The notes under the pieces were generated by a model, which saw nothing but the letters and a program-made list of their open reading frames with translations, did not search any database and was not told the DNA's origin. Shown piece after piece: positions 50,966-63,829 of a stretch of 64,000 nucleotides of DNA; within the stretch, counting starts at the first letter, position 1; the number at the start of each line of letters is the position of its first letter. The position numbers were made by a program, and so were the translations under genes. Source of the stretch: Zygnema circumcarinatum SAG 698-1b (Eukaryota; Plantae; Zygnematophyceae); NCBI GenBank assembly GCA_037447605.1, contig CM074809.1, positions 2,594,689 to 2,658,688 of the forward strand. Direction: 5' to 3'.

Positions 50966-51163
50966 ATATTTGTATAAACCAACTTCGATTTTTTTGTCTC
51001 CTTCGATGTCGACTGTCGGCGATCCGACGGTGGGACGCGGCCGGCCGAAGGCTGCCAGCGTGGCAGGGGACCGGGATTGACCTCGCGACGGCGGGCGGTG
51101 CCATCATGTGTGTTCAAGAAACCACGAGTTGAAGCGCTGCGACCCAGAGAGAGGACTTCCAGG

Positions 51164-51325
51164 GAGGGCTGCGATCTTTGAGCCTAGGCGTAGATTTCCG
51201 CTCCTAGCTTTTTTCTTTACTCCTTAGGTCCTTTGCGGCCAGTTCCTCGTGGTTCCCCATCATGATTTTTTCCATGTACATTTGATGGCATCATCGCCAT
51301 CGTGAGACCAATGCCACATCTTTTT
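51164..51325 (+). repeat. ~160-bp dispersed repeat, copy 3
   Basis: Collinear with 25111-25266, including ttccgctcctagc, cctcgtggttcccc, catgtacatttgatggc and gagaccaatgccacatc. Confidence 0.85.
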
Positions 51326-51757
51326 CCATTTAGGTGAATAGTATATCAAACATTGGAATAGAAATTTATAGGTGACAACTTTGCAGAAGACATAGTGGTT
51401 TGTATTGCGGCTGCAAGTGAGCCATCATCGTCTCTTGACATAGCAAGGTTAATCCGGCACTGGGCTGTAAAACACGTTTGGAACTGATTACGGACGCATT
51501 GATGGTCTCTTCAATGTGGGGCAAAGATAGGAGTCAACTTAACGTACTCTGGCGAAGTGAGGGGGAGGCACTATTCTGTAGTCTGTACCAGCTCTCGGTG
51601 TAGGCTTGGGATCTGTAGGCCTGCAGGGCAAGCATGCAAGCCAATGCAATCAATAATGGTAAAGGCAAGGGGTGGATGAAGAAGAAATTTGAATGTTGAA
51701 TTTTCCAACGTGTTGTGATTGCGAAAATTAAATATTAACTAGGTCACAAGTTTAACG

Positions 51758-51863
51758 TGGTGCGATCATCTTCTTGATTCTATCCCAACTCCGCAGCTAA
51801 GCGCCTGTCGGCCGAAATAGGACTGGGACGGGTGACCTCCCGGGAGGTCCCGGTGTCGCACCC
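51758..51863 (+). pseudogene. 5S rRNA-derived copy with a replaced and shortened 5' region
   Basis: The 5' GGTGCGATCAT pairs with the 3' TCGCACC. AACTCCGCAGCTAAGCG (box A) and GGGACGGGTGACCTCCCGGGAGGTCCCGGTGTCGCACCC (box C and 3' end) are intact, followed by a T-rich terminator. About nt 13-45 are replaced by CTTCTTGATTCTATCCC, roughly 12 nt shorter than canonical plant 5S. Confidence 0.85.
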
Positions 51864-53851
51864 AATTTCCTTTTTCTCTTTCACGTAATTCGATTTTTAA
51901 TCAGAAAAGAAGCCAGATTGTCCTGTATAGCAGGTCTACTTCCATTCAGAAACCAGCTTGCTTTGTTAGGTTTCGGTTTCCATGCGGCTGCATTGATATA
52001 CTCCGACTTGCTAGCTTGTACAGTGAGAATTCTGACTATGTATTGCACTATGCGAGGTTTTTGACATGGTTTGGAATCGAAAAGATGCTAAGGTGGCTTG
52101 GACAAGAGCCAATGAATTTTCCCGATGTACACAGTCATCAGATATTGTCTGGTACACAATACTTGTGGGTGCGGGCATGCAAGAGTGTGGCGGCCCACAT
52201 CAATGGCTGCAATATCTACGGCGCGATCAATTTGGGGCACATTGCCATACACAGGTATCGATTGCACATGCACATTCTATCCATCGGCTAACGTGTCCCA
52301 AACTCCCAATGACCATTTTGTCGTAGTAGAACATGGAATGCTGTCACGAACCCACACTTATAATGTATGCATGAACAGTGTGGCTGGCTTTTCAGTTAAC
52401 CTATTAACCTAGCCGTGGACAACAGGTGGCCTGGGAAACGAAAGGACTCGCAGTTAGGTACGGTTGCGATTAACAAATCAAGACATCGCTTTTTACGTAG
52501 CAAATTCTCTCGTCTGCATTGACGAGCCTTGAGGGCGTTCTGATCGATCAAGTCCTCCCCCTACCAATCATGTACACGAAGGGCCGGCTTGACACCTTAA
52601 CTTCTTCGATATGCTAGAACTGTGAATATCCTATTTGACTTGTCATCGATACTTTGCAATACCGTACGCAGTAATCGCATGTAGCACGGAGAAGGAACGA
52701 GAGTCGACACAGTCGCACGCATGCCATTTCAACAGCGTTTGGCCTATGGACGAGTCAGGATCAATGAGGCATAGCATGCAGCATCAGGGACAGTTGAGGG
52801 GGTAAAAGAAAGAGAAGGCCGCTTTACATGACAGGTCATGTACTTAGCAGGAGCAACATGACAACGAGAAGAAAGGATGCACTTCAATTGGGAACTATGT
52901 GTTGCTCCTTGTGTGCCGCCCGCAGTGACTCACTCGGCCGGCTCCTATACATGTCTGTGCTGCCCTCCGTTCCGTTCCGTGAAGTTTCCTCGTCAGGCTG
53001 CAGCAAGTCGCGCTGCAGCCACCCTCTGCCTCCCTCCTCCTCCGTCTTCATGCGCGGTGCTGTCAGTCCATCCAAGCTGCTCGCATATTGCAAGCACCGC
53101 ATAATGGCGGAGAAATGTGTCCAGGATTTTGACAGTGCTGACATCATCAACAAGATGTTCCAGCCCGAGCTGAAAGCCGCACAGAGCTGACTGCCCACAG
53201 GAGGGATGAATTAAGCAATAACTAGAGTACCAGCTACAACTTTATTACTTTTCTACCCAACCCACTAAGGCCATTCTCCTCTACCCACTCTGTTCCGAAA
53301 AAGGCAAGCTCGTTCTACTGCAAGCTCACCAATTGTCACTGTCAAGAGCATCTTCCCCCGCGACGATTAGCCACTAAGCTTCATGAATAGCGGAGAACAT
53401 CAATGGTTTCAGTCCAACAGGAGAAAGAATGGTGGCTCCCACAATGCCACTTCTCTCTCGCCCCGGCTCATCTGCCACTGTCAGACACTCTGCAGCCCAT
53501 TTGGTGAATAAGGGATAGCGAAGGGGAGAAGAGTAATGCTAATGGCTTGCTAAGGAGTTAGGTGAAAAAAATCAATTTAACTTTTGAGGACTAAAGGAAA
53601 GACTAATGGCCTTCGGAGTCCCCTGGAGACTAGCCATGGGCCCATATGGAGAGAATAAGGTGATTTGGATGGTAGGTCAAAACAGAAACCTACTTGAGCT
53701 CGACAAAAGCTATCAAAGTTTGTGAAGCAGCTTCCAACCCTTCCCAAATTGCCCCGTCGTGGCAAGCGTAAGGCAGGAAAAGTAGAATGCATCAGTTTTG
53801 TAGGAGTCCTGCGGTAAGACTGCTTGGCGTAAATCGTGTGAGAGAGGGAGA

Positions 53852-56188
53852 CTAAAGAATATTGCAATGGCAGCCTGGTTTGGGTGCATCTGGAGTTTGT
53901 TGACCTGCATCAGAGTGCAAAAAATGGTAGAAAAGTGAAAGATTGGATACTTCCTTCGATCCTTACGACCATACGTCAGGGAAGAACAGCTGTGCATGCA
54001 ACGGCCACTACATGACCAGCAATATCCTGCTCTGTCAGCAACACGACCTCCTCTGGAACACATTTATATAACAACGTAATTTACGCTTCAGTTAGTTAGA
54101 CGGTGAGTCAAGCTCACTCTTGTCCAAGAGTATTCATAACAACAGCTACCTACGACCGAATGCATTGCATTATGCACAAAAACAACTAGTACGTGCAAGA
54201 CGGATGACTCCTCTCTTCCACTGCTGCTATTAGAGGACTGACAGTAGAGGCAATCTTAACAACAGTCTCGTTTTCCAACAGCAAACTGAATACGTATGGA
54301 AGCCCACTCCGTACCCCGTTTTTCCTCAGCAATTTTCAACACAAAAACGTGGCGCCTGAGCACCAACTCAGTTTATACACCAGCAATATAACTTGACAAT
54401 GACAACTATTATATGCATGAAGTGCTGCCATCTGCACCCACAAGTAGAACTCCGCAAGCAGTGAAATGGACTGCCTCTCCATAAGATCAAGATATACAAA
54501 ATTCACGTGTTAAACGTCGACCTAAAGCCACAACACGTTTGGTTGTAAGCAATCGCAATGCAGCAAACTCCTAACACCTCGGAGGTAAGAAACACCACAT
54601 GTGTTCTCCAAAGATGTAGCAACTAAGCTACTATAACTTCCGATGCACGAAGGACAAGCTCTCAGTTCACAAACCCCTTCACGAAAACATTTTAGAATTA
54701 AAAAAGGTGTCCGCTGAAGATGCTGTACACACACTTTAAACAGAGCTGAGGATACTGTTCAACCTGAATACTGCTAAGGAAGCATGCTTCCCTTCCTGAT
54801 GACCAAGAAAAAGAATGATCAAGCATATGTTCGTTCTCAAAGAAACGTCCTCAACTCCCTGTGTCAAGGAAACTCCTATGACCAAAATTTTACTAACAAG
54901 GACGGCAACTCAGCTAATCTTATTCGATATTGTCAACATGGAAAATTTGACCTGTGGTTCATTTAATACCATACCCGACAGAAGGTATTGCTTCAAAATC
55001 ATGGACAACCCTACAAGCACGACATCTCCACGAACGACACAAGACAGGAATACAGAGGGACTTTCGAGCAATTGGAATATGGAAAGGTTGAAATTGAAAT
55101 AGTACCGTCAGTTTTATCGGCTGTTGACGGCCTCATCACAACATGCATTGTGATAACGCCTCCAGGAATTTCGCCAATAGGCACTCGAGACTCTGCCAGT
55201 GTTTTATTGTTTTCTAGGACCTTTCCAGCATTGATCAGCTTAATTTCGTGGATAGCCTTCGGACAGCCTGACTTGTCTGCAAGCAAGAATATCGCAGTTC
55301 AAACGATAGCATTCATGGTAAGGTCATTGCACCAAACAATTCCGACCTGATTGCTGAGTAAATGGCGAGATTCTCACCACCATTTAAACAGACACACTTT
55401 TACAGACGACATGCAAAATAGGCAGGAAAGGCAGAGTTTGAGAAGCGGGGAAAGATATTTGACCATGAAAGGAATGATTAAGTTTGAGAAAATGTGCCAC
55501 AGGAATCTCTACTGTTACTGAAACTGCCACCAAACTGACATCACTAACCGAACTCGACACAACGTCTTCATCAAACTTCTAACTTCTTCGCCTATAACCA
55601 AAACTGCTGCGTATGCCATCCAAATGCCACTAAATCTCACAAACGACTACCGCTCTGAAAACTCGTATTCAACTATTTCTCCAAGAATGACCACCAATTT
55701 CAGCGACAACATAGTGACACAGGACCGAACGCATCCAACATAAATTCTTTGCTCGAGAAGCAATAGTGGTCTTCAAAACATGTTCCTGCTATTAGAATGG
55801 AGAAGTTGACTTCTGACCTAAACATACTTCCAACAGCAAAACCTCGAGAAGACCAGAGAAAGCGTTAGGGAAAAGTTTCTGTATGAGAGAGGAAAGGAAC
55901 ACTGCAGAATAACTGCAATTCTTCGTCATTCAACTCTACACTGGCCGTTGACCCTTCTCTCCACTCGCCAAGTTACAACTGGGGGGTACACGGAGCCGGA
56001 AAGATAGAACGATAGCACCACAATTTTCTCCCCAAGACAGCAAGCTTACCGGCAGGCCAGTGGGCGATGATGCTCTCCTTCAGAGCCGTCACAGTGGTTG
56101 CAGGACCGTACTTGTTCGGGCCAATGTCAGTTCCGTCGTGTAATCGAAACTTCAGTTCCACAGCTTCATCAGCCGCAACAGCAGCCAT
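53852..56188 (-). CDS. MUB: Membrane-anchored ubiquitin-fold protein; 3 exons
   Basis: MAAVAADEAVELKFRLHDGTDIGPNKYGPATTVTALKESIIAHWPA|DKSGCPKAIHEIKLINAGKVLENNKTLAESRVPIGEIPGGVITMHVVMRPSTADKTD|GQQTPDAPKPGCHCNIL* (last exon 53904-53852). The C-terminal CAAX box is CNIL. Confidence 0.95.
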
Positions 56189-57139
56189 AGCTCACCTCCA
56201 AAGCTCGCCTTCGGAAAGGCAAACCGCTCGGCAGAACCTGGGCGTCACGAAGTTGCTGTTGATCCTCCAGAAAAGACGCCACCCGCCCTCCCTTCTACCG
56301 CCTCTAAGTCCTGACAGTTACAAAATCAGATAACTTCGCGGTCGAATCAGAAACTGGCCTCCAGGGGGCAGTCCTCCCCAGCATCAGCAATACCATGCCA
56401 TGTCGGCCCGTAATGCCGTTTGCAGAGCAATGAAAGAAGCCCTCGTTCTAAGCATTGCGCGCGCGGAGGCAGGCCGGCTTCCACGACGTGTGCCCTGCAG
56501 GAGGGCTCTATGGCGGTCAGAGGAGGGAGGAGGGAGGCAGAGGAGAGAGAGGGAGGGGGGAGGGAGAGAGGCGGATGGAGACTCACTGAGCCGTACGGGC
56601 GCCATTGACCTTTTCCAGGGCTACGGTAGGCCCTCCGAGGGTAGGTTTTGGTTCAATATAGATCCACATTGGACGGAAAGTGGATCCGGACCACGGCGGT
56701 TTAACTGTGACGGACCGGCGGCACGTTTCGGCAGCGCGGGCGCTCTTCGGGAAAGCCTCCGCGGGGGGAAACGGGAACGGCATGCCTCGCACCTGCCGCG
56801 GCGCGCGCTTATTGGCGGACGAGAACGTACGGACAGACCAATCCTCGCGCGCTTCCGTGCCAGCTGGCTAGCGGCCACAGGGCGAGGCTCGAGGTTGGTG
56901 CGAAAGGGACCTCGCCTCAGCTGTCCTGACTTGACCTGACTTGACCTCGCCTGACCCGCCCGCCAGGGCACGTGGCGCGCAGGGATTCGCCGCAGCTCGA
57001 GCAAGTCCGCCGGCCGGGACCAACCGGCGTCTCGTCTCGTCGCGTCGCGTCTCGTCGCTCGTGGTTCTTTGCGGGCCCGTCCCGGCCCTGCCCGGCACCG
57101 CGAACCGAGGGCCGCCGCCGAGGGTGGATTGCTTGGTTG

Positions 57140-57300
57140 GCTGGTTGGCTGGTTGGTTGGTTCATTGACTGGTTGGTTGGTTGAGGGAAAAGCCACAGGA
57201 TGAACCATTGGAGTCAATGGTTGCATGCCAATGATTGCCAACCACTCCAACGACAGCCAGAGATTGTCGTCCAATGGGTGCCCAACGGTTGCCAGTGCCA
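57140..57300. repeat. (GGTT)n microsatellite plus degenerate CCATTGG array upstream of MUB
   Basis: ggttggctggttggctggttggttgg..., then aaccattggagtcaatggttgcatgccaat. Confidence 0.7.
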
Positions 57301-57819
57301 CGGTCCCCCCACCTGTGTTGCGCCCTCCCTCCCTCTCTCCCTCTCTCCCTCCCTCCTGTCCTGACTGCTGCTGCATGTTACTACGGCGGTGACTGACGGC
57401 GGGCAGGCGGGCCGGGCGGAGGGCGCACGCGCAGAGCCTCTGAGCGCACCCACTCTCCCGTGCATGGATGGATGGATGCATGGATGGATGGAAGCGGCGG
57501 GCGCGTGCGGACACACCACATCGGGATCCGATCGGCTTCGCTGTTGCGGGGATTTGGACGGAAGGAAATCTTGCCGGGGGCGGGCGGGCCTTGCCGCCAG
57601 CTTGTTCCGACGACCGCTGGGAAAACAGTCAAGATCTTCCCACGCGGTAGCCCTTGACTCTTTAGTAGGCTTAGATACCGTGTGCATTTTCCTACTCCCA
57701 TGTGCGATCTACGCGTTCGTCTAGTATTGTGCCAACGAGGCGGCTTGTGTGCAGTTTATTTACACTCACATTTCAGCACACGTAGCGAGCACGACAGTGT
57801 GCAACGAGAGCCCTAAAAG

Positions 57820-58289
57820 TAGGGTTGGGGGCACGGTCCCCCTCCGACCCGTGCCCAGGGGCACGTGCCCCCCCCCCCCCAAGGGGGGGGGGGCATGCCC
57901 CTTTTTCGTGCCCCGTGACGTGACTGCATTGAGCAATTCAAATCGGCCCCAAAAAGAATATAATATTTTAAAATCGGTACGGATGAAGGTACGAAAAGTA
58001 CATATGAATGTACTAAACGTACGGATCAAGGTACAAATGTACGGAAAATATGAAAAGTACGGACAGTACTCAACACAACAATCGTCACCGGCCCGGGCCC
58101 GGTCGTACGAGGTAAGCGTCACGTGACAGGGGGCACGGGGGGGCACGAAATATATGGGGAAAATTTTTGGAGGCGTGCCCCGGGCACGGACGGTCAAAAA
58201 TGGGGGGCATGCCCCCCCCCCCCGGGCATGCCCCCCCCCCGGGCATGCCCGTGCCCCCGTGCCCCCGTGCCCCCGTGCCCCCAACCCTA
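57820..58289. mobile_element. hAT-type MITE, 470 bp
   Basis: Perfect 17-bp TIRs TAGGGTTGGGGGCACGG / CCGTGCCCCCAACCCTA and a perfect 8-bp TSD CCTAAAAG (57812-57819 and 58290-58297). Subterminal GGGCAC/GTGCCC/GGGCATGCCC repeats; no transposase. Confidence 0.92.
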
Positions 58290-60230
58290 CCTAAAAGACG
58301 CCAGACGACGACGAGAACAAGCCGACCAAAATTCCCACGCAAGACAAGGATCAACACGCGGAGTCCACCACTGAGGACGTTGGCGTCTGCCGCTGTGCTG
58401 TGCGCAACTCGGACCGCGCGACCACTCGGCTGCACGCGTCGCGTAGACCCACCTGACCGTACATTCCAGCTTCAACGTTACCCCTCTCCACCACCCGTCC
58501 CTGCCATCTGCCCATGGCAGGCCCAGTTCTGGTCTCCATCATCACCAGCTTGTACAGCCTTGGTATCGGAGGCGTGGAGTTGTCCAATGCACGGACCGAC
58601 CATGGTCCGTGAACCACTTGAGCGGGATCCACCGCAAGCAGTCAGGAGTAAAAAAACGAAGAAAAAAAAAAAAAATGGAAATAGAGACCACTATTCAAAA
58701 TTTGATGACGATGTTGAAGCTACGGATCAAGGATCAAGACGAGGCACACAACAAGAAGAGGCGCTGGATCGCGGCGGGCCGTTCAAGTTCTAGGTACACA
58801 AAGCAAGCCTCTACCCAACGAGAAGCCACAATCGCCAACTATGCTCATGGCTCACGACTGAATGGGCATCTACTGCTTAGGAGATGGCACAATGTCCCTG
58901 CCAGGAGGGACAGAACTGCTACCTCATATATGACTAGATCGAAGATCGTGACCCCCCTTGTAGAGAGGAGAGTATGAACATATCATGAGTTGCTGCTCGC
59001 AGGTACTGTACCAAACAGAACTCGCTCGATTGTTCGTGGCGGAACGCCAGGAGCAACTTGCCGACCTCGATGATCCATGGATGATCGCCGCGGTACAATC
59101 CATCTTCCTCTCAGGTTCCAATCATCCACGCCTTTCTTGTACAGTGACTGAACTGCTCCCCTCCCATCGGTCGTGCTGCGACCACGAGCGGCAGAAGGAG
59201 CCGATCCGTGTGCAAACCTTGCGGCGCTTCTGAACGGCTGTAGGACACACCCAAGCATTAGTTTTTGTATGTTCCCAATAATTTATTCCCGACCGATCCC
59301 AGTATCAGGTTGCTCGGGACGTGGTCCACTTTGCCGCAACAGCCTTCATCCTGGACGCACAGGACATCGACCCTTGGCCCTTTTTGTCCAGCCCGCATTC
59401 CCGACTGCGTAGTAGTGAAATCCCCCCTCTTTTTTCCCCTACCGTATTGCTCTCTAAAAAAAAGCAAAAAAAGCAGAACGTAGATTGTGTACAGGATTCA
59501 CATTGCATTCTGCATAATACAGAATGGAAATGAAATTTGCTGACATCAGCCTTCTACAATTTGAGGCGAAGAATATGAACGAAACCTGCGCTGCATGTGT
59601 GGGGTTTCATATCGAGAACATCATGACCTCTCGGTCGTGCAGCGACCACAAAAAACCGCTGGCATATGCCGCAGAGCGGGCAGAGCAGGACTAGGGTTGA
59701 AGTACAACGAATCGGAAACCACAAAACCACAAACAAACTAGTCATTTCTGCCAGCTACATTACGCCACCTCAGCCGGATCAAATCTCCCCAGAGCATGCG
59801 ACGCCCTTCTAAGAATTCTTCTAAATTTCTAAGTGGGCATTCCTAGCCCTCATTTAATGAGTAACGAGGGCATGGCGGCAGGGCGTCCTTTAAGCCTTCA
59901 TCGCTGTTCAGGGCTTCATTTCATGGCCCAAGTACCATGTGCATGGAACGGCATGGCATGGCATAGGAAGACCACAGTGTGACTAAAGGCGTGAGCTGTG
60001 CAAGCATGGGCTTGAAGAGTGTTTGCCCCTACGATAGCCCTGTTAGGACCTGTGCAAGCCTTCGCTGTTACAAAGAAGTAATGACGTTCTGATTAGTGAA
60101 CGAAGCAAGACTGCCAGAACGAGCTAATTTGCCACTAGAAATCCCTACTTTCTAGAATACAAAAAATACAGAATTAATGCAAGACAGTCCGGCAAACCAA
60201 ACGGCTGAATCCTTCCGCCCCACCAATGCC

Positions 60231-63200
60231 CTACACTTCCTTTTCCATGGGCATGGGCGCTAACTTGGCCAGGAGCTTCTCCACATGCGTGTGCACATCA
60301 TTCACCCAAGGCCGCAAAGCTGGCAATGTCTGCAGCATCCATGTCACAAACTGCCGGAAGCTGTCCGGATACGCCTCCACCGCTTCAGGCGGCCACTTGA
60401 TTTGGCCACTCAATACAGCCAATTGGAGACTGCCACCCGCCTCTCCCAGCGAGTACTCAAATGGCGATTGCCCGCACCTGCTCCCCAAAAGGGAACACCG
60501 GACACCAAGGTGTGGATCAGAATAGGGAAAAAACGGAACGAAACGGCATCAATATGTGGGACAAAATTCCCACATGGAAGATGATGTTGACAAAACAACA
60601 TCCCCTGTCAACGTTGAATGACATAGATGTTTTCTGCGGATAGATCCTGCCCTTCCTCGTGCAATCCTCGGTTATCTTACTCCATTTTTCCCCTTCAGAC
60701 CTCCCTCTTGCCTATTCCCGTCTTTCTCTCTCTCCATCTCTGCTGGTGGACATGCTCTTATGTGTCCTTGTTAGTACACGATGACAGGTCAGGAAATCGG
60801 AAAATCAGGGACAGTGTGCATAGCAAAGGAAAGCAGCCACCACTACGGGTCTAGGTTACTATGGGTCTACGAAGAATACATTATTGAATAGAGGGTGCAG
60901 CCAAGTGACCAAATGTCAGTCCTTTCGTCAATGTCTACATGTGAAGGAACATCCCACAACTCCGGAGCGCGATATGGCGCACTGCAATGCTGCGCGGCCC
61001 ATTCCTGTTGCCCCCCCTCGCCTACAGAGATCCATTAATATTTCCACAAAAGATGTCATTTATTCATTTCCCTCAAAAAGCGTCTCAACTTCAAAACCGA
61101 TGACGAAGGTCGCCAATGTCCAGGCCAGACCTGCAGTTCAAGTGCTTCCTGCCGCGTTCGAATTTGCCGTCGGCCCACTCTTGCTGACCCGAAGTCCATC
61201 AAAACAGCCTTGAAGTTGCTGCCTTTTTGTGAAATCAGCACATTCCCAGGCTTCACATCGTTGTGTGCATACGGAGGATCAGAGCTATGCATGGCTTGAA
61301 GACCCGCACAAATCTGAATGCAACCACCCACATTGGCTTCCTCCACACCCTTTAGCCTTTGTGCACAAGATGCTATAACATGTAGACTAAGTACTAGTTG
61401 TGAATTCAGAGCTTTGAGGCTGAACTGTTGACTCCAAAGTGGCTGAGTAATGCTGCAGTTGAATTTCCCACCTGATGAAATATTTGCAGCACTGCCTGCG
61501 CAGATAAGCGCTTTTTGAGGGGCCCTTCTTTCTGTGTAAGGTAGCTGACGCGCTCTTGCAACGTGCCTTCTCTGTGGAGAGGAAACACCATGTATGCCTC
61601 CTTGTTGCCATCCTGAAACACCACTTCTATCTTTTACGCTTCAGCACCTTGCATCCTAAATCTTCGACAGCTCAGAGTGTCCAACGTTCCTTACGTTTTT
61701 TAAGCATGCAGACATGACGAGTACTCCTATTCCCTTCTTGGGTCGCGGACGTAATATGCCACATGCGCGGAGTTTGCGATAGTTTTTCTGGTTTTCTAGG
61801 ATTTTATGTATATAAAAATAAGATCAATGAGATCACGACAGCTTGAGAGTCGCTGACAATTTGACTCCAACTTGACTCCATTGCTTCACTAAATATCCCA
61901 CGTTCCCATCTCTGCACCAATTTTTAATGGTTGAGATCCATGAAGCTCTACGGCCGAATAGTTTCTTGGAGAGGAAAAAGTTCAACATAAAAAGTAAGTG
62001 AACGGAGACATTGACTGTAGCTTGGCTGCAAACACTATGACGAGGAGCGACGCACAGGGGTCCCAAGGCCTTGCAATCACGCTGTGCTCAATTTCCTTTA
62101 ATTGGAAAAATATTGTCCAGCCCATTTCTTTCTTCTTCATCCCCGTTTATCTTCAGGCTTTCTGCTATGCCCAAACAAGGAGTAAAAATCCTGAGAAAAA
62201 CACACAACACAAAAACTGGCTAGCCACATGATATAGGTTCGGGTTTACCTTGACAGAAACTATACAATGCTCTAACAGAGGCAGTAAATTAGGGTGATTG
62301 AAGCGAGATGAGGCTGCAATCTCCGCGTTGACAAGCTCAAGCTGCTCCGTCGTCTGCACCAGCACCTTCTTCAGGGCATAGGTGTTGTCCGCTGCACTTG
62401 GAAAGCAATTCAATGACAGAGACTAAGTTGATTACACAAGTAGTAGCGTCATAGCGGACTAATCCCACAAAACTATAAACTGGCATGCCCTCTTGACATA
62501 CTTCTCTGTCATAGGAGGAAAGAAAATAAATTTTTGGCGTTTCCTCGGAAGATAAAATATACTGAGCGAGAAGCAATTATACCAGGATAAACGCCAACCT
62601 GTCTGAAATAAAATCTAAACTCCCAGCGCCTTCATATTGCAGTTGGAGTGGCGTAAACTCAGACTTACTTACTTACTTTACGTACTGTATGTGCTCATAA
62701 ATTCTGTTCTAGGCAAAAAGACTAATATTATAATCTAACCAGCTTTTGAGGTGCCAAAATCTTAATATATTGGTTTTTTAACTTGTTTCCACTATGAATG
62801 GAGAGGGAATCAGAATGGGACTCTAGGTTGTCATCAGAAACGAGCTCTGAGTTTTATCCAAAGTATTGACAGATGAGAGAACTGGCAAAGGCTGAAGACT
62901 CAGTTCAGCAAATGGAACGTTTTCAGAAGGAAGCCAACAAGCTCCGCCCTTTACAGAAACACGTTTGATCAGTTTCTGAAGGGAACCCTGCCCACATTGC
63001 AGCGTTCAATGTGCTAATGAATGATATACTTTCCGTCGTCAGCGGTCCACCGCCTGTTGCACCATAATGCAAACTGTCGCTATGTACTACCCTGGCCTTC
63101 GAGAAAATGTGTTTAGTAAGCTCTGAAGCACGGTCTCACGCCATCCTTGCATTCCACTGTCGGCTGATTCATGATGACTGCATTTATGTTACTGTTCTGA

Positions 63201-63535
63201 ACATGAAATTTCACAGGCTTGCAATTAACAAGGCCCTGGAGAGAATTCAAGAAAAACATCACTCGAAGGACTATAAAAATATGACAACAAGTCTCCTTCA
63301 GAACTGAAGGACTGTGGCTAGAGTGCAGTATAAGTTACTTACGAGAAACGAAGCTCAGCTTATCAGGCAACTTGCTCGGCTGATCTGAGATTACTTCTTT
63401 TGCCAGGTACACAAAGGCAAAGCCGCCCTCCCCGATCTGCTGTAGAACCTTGAATCTCCTCTCGTTCACATACACATCCTGCCCGCTGCTCACGGCATCG
63501 TACAAGGCGTTCAGGCCTGAAAGCGAGCAGCCCAT
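60231..63535 (-). CDS. STK16: Serine/threonine kinase, STK16/NAK family; 6 exons
   Basis: MGCSLSGLNALYDAV (myristoylation/palmitoylation-type N-terminus), QIGEGGFAFVYLAKE, YALKKVLVQ, HNDVKPGNVL, MDFGSA, HCSAPYRAPELWD, DIWSLGCTLY, SPFEYSLGEAGGSLQLAVLSGQIKWP. Confidence 0.94.
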
Positions 63536-63829
63536 GGCGGTCCTTTGCAGCAGAAACAGCGCCGTCAGCCACACCTCAGCTCCCGATGACTACAAGCCTT
63601 CCTCGCTTCTGTCTCCCGCGCCTCCTCTCTCTCGCTCTCCCTCTCACTCTCGCGCACTCTCTGGCTCTCTCCAACAACAGCAGCTCCCGTCGCCGAGGAG
63701 AGCAATCATTAAAGAAAAAAAAAAAAAATGATATTTGTTTGGTGGTAACCGTAAAATCAATCAGGTCCTTAAGGAAGTTCTTTATTTTTATCTCTAAAGA
63801 AAATTTCTCATTGTTACTCATTATCTCGA

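Noticed and set aside
58300-59230. Coding-like ORFs right of the hAT MITE; removing the MITE rejoins a ~190-codon frame from 57749
   Set aside because: The frame starts at GTG, I recognise no domain, and neighbouring frames are fragmented. It may be a decayed TE or gene but cannot be supported.
9869-63535. Functional cluster of membrane-trafficking or lipid-anchored genes (VPS2, VAMP71, MUB, STK16)
   Set aside because: These are common housekeeping genes interspersed with unrelated ones, and nothing in the sequence indicates co-regulation.
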